Assembly: GCA_950097015.1 (NCBI GenBank)
Contig: CATNEN010000029.1
Coordinates: 1,984,001-2,048,000, forward strand
Source of the DNA: Macrostomum hystrix
Taxonomy: Eukaryota; Animalia; Platyhelminthes
Direction of reading: 5' to 3'
DNA length: 64,000 bases
The position numbers and the translations under genes are program-made. Each line of letters starts with the position of its first letter. Position 1 is the stretch's first letter. The notes under the pieces were generated by a model. It was not told the DNA's origin. It did not search any database and worked only from the letters and a program-made list of their open reading frames with translations. Positions 51,101 to 61,029 of the stretch are shown piece by piece.

Positions 51101-51450
51101 TTGTGAGGAAGATTCGTCCATTGGTGAGGAAGATTCGTCCATTGGTGTGGAAGATTCGTCCATTGGTGAGGAAGATTCGTCCATTGGTGTGGAAGATTCG
51201 TCCATTGGTGAGGAAGATTCGTCCATTGGTGTGGAAGATTCGTCCATTGGTGTGGAAGATTCGTCCATTGGTGTGGAAGATTTGTCCATTGGTGTGGAAG
51301 ATTCGTCCATTGGTGTGGAAGATTCGTCCATTGGTGAGGAAGATTCGTCCATTGGTGTGGAAGATTCGTCCATTGGTGAGGAAGATTCGTCCATTGGTGT
51401 GGAAGATTCGTCCATTTGTGTGGAAGATTCGTCCATTGGTGTGGAAGATT
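39136..51450. repeat. ~12.3 kb array of a 23-bp unit (ggtaaggaagattcgtctctttt), ~525 copies, with higher-order duplications and a 21-bp terminal variant
   Basis: Period 23 verified; ORF translations repeat every 23 aa (3 units); 21-bp variant gtccattggtgtggaagattc at ~51110-51450. Confidence 0.99.
39187..39347 (+). mobile_element. 161-bp insertion with an (ATT)6 tail, splitting the first units of the 23-bp array
   Basis: Flanked by tggtgaggaa at 39177-39186 and 39348-39357 (candidate target-site duplication). Confidence 0.55.
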
Positions 51451-51879
51451 CCTCTGTTTTGAGAAGTGTTCATCCCATTTAGGAAAACAATTATTTAGGA
51501 ATGTTGCTGCTGAATTCAGAAGCATGGTCTAAAAGAATTCCCATTATATGTCATGTTACTCGGGACTCTAGCGAAATATAAAATTTTCTAAAGCCTAATC
51601 TAGAACAATGATTCGTTTTTAATGAAGCATCACCGCTGCATTCATAAACATTTTTACTTATAGACTCAGGAATCCGCATGCATTGCCGATTCGCATTGTG
51701 CTTAAAATTACCGAACCATTCAGACGGTCTTGTCGGCTCTTCGTCAATTCAGTTTAGAAATTAACTCGTAGCAACCAAGATCCCCTTGATAAGTCATGCT
51801 TTCCCATCGATGACTCCTTGGATACCCCTTGGATATATCATTCCACACCTTGACAAAGCTGCCCTCTCAATATTTTATG

Positions 51880-52740
51880 CAACCCCCTCAATTTTTGCTT
51901 CCTCTCGATAATTCATACTACACCATTGATAATTTAGCTACCTCTCGGAAATTTATGCTTCCTTCTCGATTTTTCATGCTACCCCCCAGATAATTTGGAC
52001 CATACCTCGATAATTCATTCTACTTCCTCGATAATTCATTCTACTTCCTCGATAATTCATTCTACTTCCTCGATAATTCATTCTACTTCCTCGATAATTC
52101 ATTCTACTTCCTCGATAATTCATTCTACTTCCTCGATAATTCATTCTACTTCCTCGATAAAACATTCTACTTCCTCGATAAATCATTCTACTTCCTCGAT
52201 AATTCATTCTCGATAATTCATGCTTCCCTTAAGCCTACCCCTTCAATAATTTTGTCTACCCCTTCGATGATTCATGATGCCACTTCGATAGTTCATGCTT
52301 CCCCCTCCATAATTCATGCTTCCCCTCCATAATTCATGCTTCCCCTTTGATAGTTCATGCTTCCCCCTTGATAGTTCATGCTTGCCCCTTGATGGTTCAT
52401 GCTTCCCCCTTGATAGTTCATGCTTCCCCCTTGATAGTTCATGCTTCCCCCTTGATAGTTCATGCTTCCCCCTTGATAGTTCATGCTTCCCCCTTGATAG
52501 TTCATGCTTCCCCCTTGATAGTTCATGCTTCCCCCTTGATAGTTCATGCTTTCCACTCGGTAATTCATGCTTCCCCTCCATAATTCATGCTTCCCTCTCG
52601 ATAATTCATGCTTCCCTCTCGATAATTCATGCTTCCCTCTCGATAATTCATGCTTCCCTCTTGATAATTCATGCTTCCCTGTCGATAATTCATGCTTCCC
52701 TCTCGATAATTCATGCTTTCCTCTCGATAATTTATGCTTG
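51880..52740. repeat. Series of related 21-bp arrays (cctcgataattcattctactt; ttcatgcttcccccttgatag; cgataattcatgcttccctct)
   Basis: ORFs repeat every 7 aa; shared gata(a/g)ttcat core. Confidence 0.93.
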
Positions 52741-52810
52741 CCATCAATTTCTTCAATGACCTACAATTAGTCACTCAAAATGGCACTAGTCACAATGGTA
52801 ATGGCCTACA

Positions 52811-53142
52811 ATGGGGGTCGGTGGCAGAGTGGTTATCGCGTTTGCCTTTCGCACCAAGGTCCCTAAGTTCGATTCCACGGCGAGGCCACAGTTATTTAGA
52901 GCGCAGCGGCGGAGAGAAGGCTTGGGGGCTTGTCGTGCAATTTACGCCCTTAAGGGCCAACCTCCAAGGCACAGTGAGAGTGTACACTGCCTGACGATAG
53001 GGCAGATGTACACACCTGTGTGAGCGTGTGCCTGCGTAAAGTATCTGTGTGCGTGTGTGCTCAGGAGTCAGCGAAACGGGCAGAATTGCCTCCTCGCTGG
53101 CTGCGGGTCTAGTGTCACCAAATTATGTGCCACTGCCCGCAG
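52811..53142 (+). mobile_element. Full-length tRNA-derived SINE flanked by 51-bp imperfect direct repeats
   Basis: A box TGGCAGAGTGG and B box GTTCGATTCC in the head; two further copies in the window; repeats at 52760-52810 and 53143-53193. Confidence 0.88.
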
Positions 53143-53654
53143 CCTACAATTAGTCGGACAAAATGGCACCCGTCACAATGGGAGTGGCCTACAGTACATG
53201 AAAGATTATTCCCACTGCTTCTCGTCGAACTCAATTAGTATAATAGCCAATGCAGTCAAGTTGCTAATCTCCACCCCGAATCTACAGATTAGTGCCGCCA
53301 GCTCTATCAGGATATCAGGTTCAAAGCTGCACCTGTTCTTGCAATTAAATTGTTAATCTGCAGTCTGTCCATTCGTGTGGGCGAAGGCGGAGCTCGATTG
53401 TGATAAATCAAAGAAATTAACCGGATGCACTGTAACTGCAGTGAATGGATGTTAACGGCCATGCTGTGAGTGGGCTAGCTTGCTTCAGATCAAACCCGGT
53501 GCGTTCGTCACGTTATATGCAAATATCAATGATCAATTGAGTCACCTTCGGGCTATGAACAGTTTCGGTGCTTTTTTGAATAAAAGAAGATTCGTGTAGC
53601 AGTTGCTAAGAAATTAATTCATTGCCAGACGTCTTACATCCGTCTCAAATGCTT

Positions 53655-55965
53655 TTGGAATCGAAGCAGGAACTGCAGTTGGAATCGAAGCAGGAACTGT
53701 ATTTAGAATCTAAGCAGGAACTGTATTTAGAATCGAAGTAGGACCTGCAGTTGGAATCGAAGCAGGAACTGTATTTAGAATCGATGCAGGAACTGCAGTT
53801 GGAATCGAATCGGGAACTGTAGTTGGAATCGATGCAGGAACTGCAGTTGGAATCGAGGCAGGAACTGTAGTTGGAATCGATGCAGGAACTGCAGTTGGAA
53901 TCGAGGCAGGAACTGTATTTAGAATCGAAGTAGGAACTGCAGTTGGAATCGAAGCAGGAACTGTATTTGGAATCGAAGTAGGAACTGCAGTTGGAATCGA
54001 AGCAGGAACTGCAGTTGGAATCGAAGCAGGAACTGTATTTAGAATCGAAGTAGGACCTGCAGTTGGAATCGAGGCAGGAACTGCAGTTGGAATCGAAGCA
54101 GGAACTGCAGTTGGAATCGAATCGGGAACTGTAGTTGGAATCGATGCAGGAACTGCAGTTGGAATCGAGGCAGGAACTGCAGTTGGAATCAAGGCAGGAC
54201 CTGCAGTTGGAATCGAAGCAGGAACTGTATTTAGAATCGAAGCAGGAACTGCAGTTGGAATCGAATCGGGAACTGTAGTTGGAATCGATGCAGGAACTGC
54301 AGTTGGAATCGAAGCAGGAACTGCAGTTGGAATCGAAGCAGGAACTGTAGTTGGAATCGATGCAGGAACTGCAGTTGGAATCGAGGCAGGAACTGTAGTT
54401 GGAATCGATGCAGGAACTGCAGTTGGAATCGAGGCAGGAACTGTATTTAGAATCGAAGTAGGAACTGCAGTTGGAATCGAAGCAGGAACTGCAGTTGGAA
54501 TCGAAGCAGGAACTGTATTTAGAATCGAAGTAGGACCTGCAGTTGGAATCGAAGCAGGAACTGCAGTTGGAATCGAAGCAGGAACTGTATTTAGAATCGA
54601 AGTAGGAACTGTAGTTGGAATCGAAGCAGGAACTGCAGTTGGAATCGAGGCAGGAACTGTATTTAGAATCGAAGTAGGAACTGCAGTTGGAATCGAAGCA
54701 GGAACTGCAGTTGGAATCGAAGCAGGAACTGTATTTAGAATCGAAGTAGGACCTGCAGTTGGAATCGAGGCAGGAACTGCAGTTGGAATCAAGGCAGGAC
54801 CTGCAGTTGGAATCGAGGCAGGAACTGCAGTTGGAATCGAGGCAGGAACTGTAGTTGGAATCGAAGTAGGAACTGCAGTTGGAATCGAAACAGGAACTGC
54901 AGTTGGAATCGAAGTAGGAACTGCAGTTGGAATCGAGGCAGGAACTGTAGTTGGAATCGAAGTAGGAACTGCAGTTGGAATCGAAACAGGAACTGCAGTT
55001 GGAATCGAGGCAGGAACTGTAGTTGGAATCGAAGTAGGAACTGCAGTTGGAATCGAAACAGGAACTGCAGTTGGAATCGAGGCAGGAACTGCAGTTGGAA
55101 TCGAGGCAGGAACTGCAGTTGGAATCAAGGCAGGAACTGTAGTTGGAATCGAAGTAGGACCTGCAGTTGGAATCGAAGCAGGAACTGCAGTTGGAATCGA
55201 AGTAGGACCTGCAGTTGGAATCGAAGTAGGACCTGCAGTTGGAATCGAAGCAGGAACTGCAGTTGGAATCGAATCGGGAACTGTAATTGGAATCGATGCA
55301 GGAACTGCAGTTGGAATCGAGGCAGGAACTGCAGTTGGAATCAAGGCAGGACCTGCAGTTGGAATCGAAGCAGGAACTGTATTTAGAATCGAAGCAGGAA
55401 CTGCAGTTGGAATCGAATCGGGAACTGTAGTTGGAATCGATGCAGGAACTGCAGTTGGAATCGAAGCAGGAACTGCAGTTGGAATCGAATCGGGAACTGT
55501 ATTTAGAATCGATGCAGGAACTGCAGTTGGAATCGAAGCAGGAACTGTAGTTGGAATCGATGCAGGAACTGCAGTTGGAATCGAGGCAGGAACTGCAGTT
55601 GGAATCAAGGCAGGACCTGCAGTTGGAATCGAAGCAGGAACTGTATTTAGAATCGAAGCAGGAACTGCAGTTGGAATCGAATCGGGAACTGTAGTTGGAA
55701 TCGATGCAGGAACTGCAGTTGGAATCGAATCGGGAACTGTAGTTGGAATCGATGCAGGAACTGCAGTTGGAATCGAGGCAGGAACTGTATTTAGAATCGA
55801 AGTAGGAACTGCAGTTGGAATCGAAGTAGGAACTGCAGTTGGAATCGAAGCAGGAACTGTATTTAGAATCGAAGTAGGACCTGCAGTTGGAATCGAAGCA
55901 GGAACTGTATTTAGAATCGAAGTAGGAACTGCAGTTGGAATCGAAGCAGGAACTGTATTTAGAGT
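53655..55965. repeat. 24-bp minisatellite (~96 copies; agcaggaactgcagttggaatcga)
   Basis: ORF repeats every 8 aa (SSCFDSNC); many units contain the palindrome AACTGCAGTT. Confidence 0.98.
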
Positions 55966-56509
55966 CGAACATCAAAGAATAAAGTCTGAGTACAGATTTG
56001 CATTCTCAGTTAAAAAACGCTCTTTTATTTTTTTCTGAAAAAGAATTAGACGCAAATTTTTGAACCATCCATTTTTGAATTTTTGAATGTTATATTTTTG
56101 AGTAATTGGATAGTTACTCTTTAGCGTGATATGCAACTACTTTATGCGATATTTTAAGGTCTCACCGACTGAATTCCACACGCAGGTATATTTAGATCAT
56201 TTTATCTATCGATTTAGATCATTGGTTTCTCTAAAAACAATTTAATTATCTAGTTACATTCAGGGCTGCTTATCTAAACACATGTTATTGGTCTGGTCTG
56301 GTCTGGGAACCGCCACCTCAATCTAAATACCAATCTCACTCCGCACGGGTAGCTCTCATTGGCGGTCAGCACCCTGACCAATCATATTTCAGCTTAGATA
56401 AAGTAAACTTAAATCTGGAAACCTATTTCTTTGTTGTCTGCCTTAATTTAATTTAACACGACTATTGCTTTAAAAATCAATTTAGCGTTGCACAATCAGC
56501 GCCAACCAA

Positions 56510-56716
56510 TCAGAGATCGACTAGACGGCGAATGCAGGCCAAATCGTGCGGCTGGCAGCAGCCAACCATCTCCTGCGCGTAGATGAGGGCGCCGTCCTCA
56601 GGCGAGTAGCCTGGATGCAGGAGCAGGCCCTGACACTGCCTGTCGGTGATGCACTCGCTGCGAATGTACTGCACAACACTGCCATAACCCGGTTGGATAA
56701 TTAGACGCTTCGAGAT
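56510..56716 (-). CDS. Secreted Cys-rich protein B, exon 3 (terminal)
   Basis: Acceptor ttctcgccaatgcag| in phase 0; ISKRLIIQPGYGSVVQYIRSECITDRQCQG...GCCQPHDLACIRRLVDL*. Confidence 0.8.
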   Translation of the reverse strand: MSKRLIIQPGYGSVVQYIRSECITDRQCQGLLLHPGYSPEDGALIYAQEMVGCCQPHDLACIRRLVDL

Positions 56717-57191
56717 CTGCATTGGCGAGAAAATGCACTCTTAGTCTGGTACATTATTAAAACGGATTCATAGTCTAGACAGAGTTTTCGTACAGTTTCA
56801 TTGTAAATTTGTTGAGTATGATAGATTGAAACAGCTAGTCAGATTAGTGGATAACTAATTCTATATATTAATGAAGTTGAAGGCTTTGATGTCAACTTTG
56901 ATTCCAAAGTCCAACTAAAAGGCGCCATTGCGTGAATCGTTCTTTAAGCCCCGCAAAGTCTGTGTTATTCTCTGCAATAGTATGAAGCATTTCCTCTTAT
57001 AGTGTCTGGGCTGAGTGTATTTCCTGGAATCAAACAAAAAACCCGCATGACCTAAGAATTAGCAGAAATAGAAACTATAAGGATAAAGGAAATCCGTGTT
57101 ACCCTAGGGCGTCAAGGTAATTTCAAGAAAGTTTTCTCAAGAAAGAGAAAAAGCTACTTTGTTGATATTCAAAGATAACTAAGTAATTTAC

Positions 57192-57328
57192 CTGGCACTT
57201 GATGTCTGTCTCGGGCAAATCCTTCAGGTGTTTGCACTCGGCGAACATTGGCAGACGCGGCTGCAGATCATATTTTCGGTCGAAGATCTCCACACCTTGG
57301 GGACACGAGACGATGGCAGCGCTGCGAT
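57192..57328 (-). CDS. Secreted Cys-rich protein B, exon 2
   Basis: Acceptor tatcaaacag| (phase 1), donor CAG|gtaaat (phase 0); DRSAAIVSCPQGVEIFDRKYDLQPRLPMFAECKHLKDLPETDIKCQ; 137 nt keeps the frame. Confidence 0.8.
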
Positions 57329-57383
57329 CTGTTTGATAATAGTTTGAGGAATTCGAGTGGTTTGTGAAGGTCCCTCAAAACAA

Positions 57384-58030
57384 ATCACCTGACAGACACT
57401 CCCGGCTGAACCATCACACTCACCTGACAGACACTCCCAGATGAACCATCACTCACCTGACAGACACTCCCAGATGAACCATCACTCACCTGACAGACAC
57501 TCCCGGCTGAACCATCACTCACCTGACAGACACTCCCAGATGAACCATCACTCACCTGACAGACACTCCCGGCTGAACCATCACACTCACCTGACAGACA
57601 CTCCGAGATGAACCATCACTCACCTGACAGACACTTTCAGATGAACCATCACACTCACCTGACAGACACTCCCGGCTGAACCATCACTCACCTGACAGAC
57701 ACTCCCGGCTGAACCATCACTCACCTGACAGACACTCCCGGCTGAACCATCACTCACCTGAAAGACACTCCCAGCTGAACCATCACTCACCTGACAGACA
57801 CTTTCAGATGAACCATCACACTCACCTGACAGACACTCCCGGCTGAACCATCACTCACCTGACAGACACTCCCGGCTGAACCATCACTCACCTGACAGAC
57901 ACTCCCGGCTGAACCATCACTCACCTGAAAGACACTCCCAGCTGAACCATCACTCACCTGACAGACACTCCCAGCTGAACCATCACGCACCTGACAGACA
58001 CCCACGGCTGAACCATCACTCACCCGACAG
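57384..58030. repeat. 33-bp minisatellite (~20 copies; tcacctgacagacactcccggctgaaccatcac) in intron 1 of gene B
   Basis: ORF repeats every 11 aa (VCQVSDGSAGS); some 35-bp variants. Confidence 0.96.
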
Positions 58031-58077
58031 ACAACACATCTCACTTGATCGACTTAAGGCAGGTTTAGATTACTCAC

Positions 58078-58132
58078 CCGAGCAGAAGGCCATGCAGATG
58101 ACAGTCAGGAGTAGTGAAGCACGATGGGCCAT
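58078..58132 (-). CDS. Secreted Cys-rich protein B, exon 1 (signal peptide MAHRASLLLTVICMAFCS)
   Basis: ATG at 58132; 55 nt; donor G|gtgagt in phase 1, matching exon 2. Total product 132 aa. Confidence 0.8.
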
Positions 58133-58287
58133 TCTTTATCGACGTTAAATGAATTTAAGAATTTCTAGAACTCAGGAACGCAATATGTCAAAGCAGGGAA
58201 TGTCGGTGACCACGCTAACAAACTTCAACCCTCTATGCTAGAATGGAAATCTAACGGCGCCCATTGCAGCCACGGCCACCCGCTATC

Positions 58288-58295
58288 TTTTTATA
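58288..58295 (-). promoter_or_regulatory. Candidate TATA box of secreted gene B
   Basis: TATAAAAA ~160 nt upstream of the ATG. Confidence 0.35.
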
Positions 58296-59038
58296 CCAAT
58301 TGAGAAAAACGCGCCATAGGAAACTGGGGTATAGAAAGGGAAAGTGAATTGCATGGAAACTGCGCCTTCTCCAATCACAGATCACTTGGAGACGCGATCC
58401 CCATATGACGCAGTCAAATTAGTTCTCATTTAGTGAATTGTCTGGCTTAATTGATTTATTTTAATTAGCCGTTATAATCGTCCAGAGGGGAGATTAAAAT
58501 GTTCGGCATTCGATGGCGGTTCAGGCGCAACAGCATCAGTTAATTATCTCCCGATTGCAAATACAGAATTGAGTAAATTTAATATTCTCAGATTTTGTTG
58601 AAATCTTAAATAAGGTGAATAAAGCTAGGCCTGTTTGTCTCCATTCACCGCCTTGCTCTAAATTTTTATTGTTTAATGTTTCGTGTTTAATCGCCTTTTG
58701 TCTTTTGAAGTCTAAATTAGGAGTTGTTGTTTTTAATTAATTTTCTACGAGCGTAGCATTCAGCTCAAAGGCTGACTGATCAAAGATAGTCTAGATTTTC
58801 TAGAAAAGAAGACTTTTCAACAATTTCAACAAATGATGAGAACTGGACTGGTTTCATTCGGTGCGTTTGCAAACTGGTCATGCGTGGTAAACAAGGAGCA
58901 GGACGTGATTTTTTCAGAACATTTTTCGTCTTTGGCTGCAGCCTGTGGATTTATTTCTGATCACAAAATTCACATGTGAAAGATGGGGTCTACGAAGTTA
59001 TTTAGCAAGCGGGGACATTTGCTAGCGGGACATTTGCG

Positions 59039-59393
59039 GCCAGCCGACGTTTGCCAGCAAAGCGGTGTGTCTTTTCACTATGACCCTGACTAAAAAGTCA
59101 CAATATAAAGCATCGAAGATTCAGAGGCTGCGTCTAAATGTGCCTTTATCTTTTAAGGTACTACTAAGTTGCACTCTCATATCCTAACTGCAAGAGTATT
59201 TGTTTTACGATACCGTATGATATGCTCAATGATTAAGTAAAATTACAAGTGTGATGCATTAAAAACTATAACATGCTTAATTATTCTCCACACATGTGCC
59301 ATTTATCTTCAAACAAAAAACTAGCTGAATACCTCAAAATACAAAATTTACAAGCTTTGCTAGCTAATGTACCACTAGCAAACGTCGGCTGGC
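59039..59393. mobile_element. MITE-like element with 16-bp inverted repeats
   Basis: gccagccgacgtttgc (59039-59054) is the inverse of gcaaacgtcggctggc (59378-59393); AT-rich non-coding interior. Confidence 0.55.
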
Positions 59394-61029
59394 AAAATTC
59401 GCTATCCCGTTCAAATTAATCACGGCAAGTGCTTATGTGTAATATTTAAAATGTTCCTATCATACTACTGCTATTTGCGTAGGCAAGCTAAACTGTAAAA
59501 ATAGCACGACAATTTTTTTTGCTACTTTTCTGCCTCATCTAGATGTACGCGTGCAGGTAATATACTAAAAGCTGAGTTACATGTCTAAGAATAGATATTA
59601 TTTGGATTCTTATGTGTGTCCGACTGGCATAGATCGGAGGCAGACCCACCGTTTACACGTGGTCTTCACAGAGATGCAATAATCAGCGCCATTATACGAC
59701 TTTCAGTCTGAGCCCATGCAACTTTGGAGCAAAGGCTGTTTGCTATAGAGACCTTGTCACGCTTTTTAAAAGACGTTTTTAAAATTCGTCAAAATTTAGC
59801 ATTGGCAAAGAAACAATATCCTTAAAAATGAAAAACGCAAATGTTTACCCAACAAACTAATGAATTCAATATTATTGGAATCTGGTCAATTAAAAACAGT
59901 TTGCCTTGTGAAAGCGACGAAGCAAACAAGTCTAATAAAATCTGCACACTTGTCAAGCAAACAGTAGCCTGATAATGTTATAAAAAACGAGTTTTTGTAT
60001 GTTAGAAACTATTTTTTTATGGTTATTATCTTGCCTAAAAAGACACGTTTTTTGTTAAAAATGATCTCTTTGTCAATAGACATAAATTTGAAAGTAAAGG
60101 GCTCGTGTATTTTAAATATATAGTCATTCATTGTACTCTCTTTTGTTCCTATTTATGGAAGCTAACGTATTACAAGTATTGAAACACCCATTATCATTTA
60201 CTGAAAATAGTTTCAGTGATGACTTGAAATCTCTTATGTCTAGACTGATTTCTCTTGTCGTTATATATTTCTTCTTTAGTTGCCCTTGCCTTAGGCTTAT
60301 CCTTAGGCCTAAGCCTAATCATAATTCATAATGCATTTCATTCGGCCTAGCTAAATAATGCAGTGCTTTAGTGTCTGACGGCATGGCATTACACGTATAT
60401 ACAAAAAATACTGACTTTAGTAATTTGGATTATCCATATTTTTTTCTCTTAAGCTATATTGCTATCATTATCAATAATCTGTATTGTTCATTGATTATCA
60501 TAAATCATGTTGTCATGCTAATATAGGCCTACACAAAAATAATTTTAAAATATGTAATTTGTCTTTATTTTGGTGCAACATGAGTTGTTATAATTTATGT
60601 CAGTGATGTCAGTTTGTAAGTGATGTAATTATAGAATTAAAACATTGAAGCCCTGAACTAGAAACAGTGGTGTGACTGTGTGACAGGCTGCGTTTTTAAT
60701 GTAGTTGCATTATTTTTATGATTTTGTGCGTTTCTGTGTTTGTTTCAGGGTTTTTTATTCTTGCGTTTTTTGTTATTCCAGTGTAGCAATCCCATTTTGT
60801 GTTTGAGAGCCTCGTCAGGCTTTTATATTTTACTGTTGTTACATTGACTAATGAATATGTTCTCTAAATGAATCATTGGTATTGAAAAGGAGTTATACCA
60901 GAATGATTTTGTTAACTGTTAATTTATCTTCTTTTTCGGAGGCATAACTAGGTATGCATGTATTCTAAAGGTATTTTACCTAGAATTTATTTATGTAGGT
61001 ATTATAAGTGTATGTAGTGTAGGAGATTG

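Noticed and set aside
39254-51525. ORFs of 2459, 2609, 956 and 625 aa
   Set aside because: Translations of a 23-bp satellite whose minus strand lacks stop codons in all frames. Overlapping frames give the same peptide; no start context or domain.
52811-52885. tRNA gene
   Set aside because: A and B boxes are present, but the sequence continues into a repeated SINE body and I could not fold a full cloverleaf with an acceptor stem.
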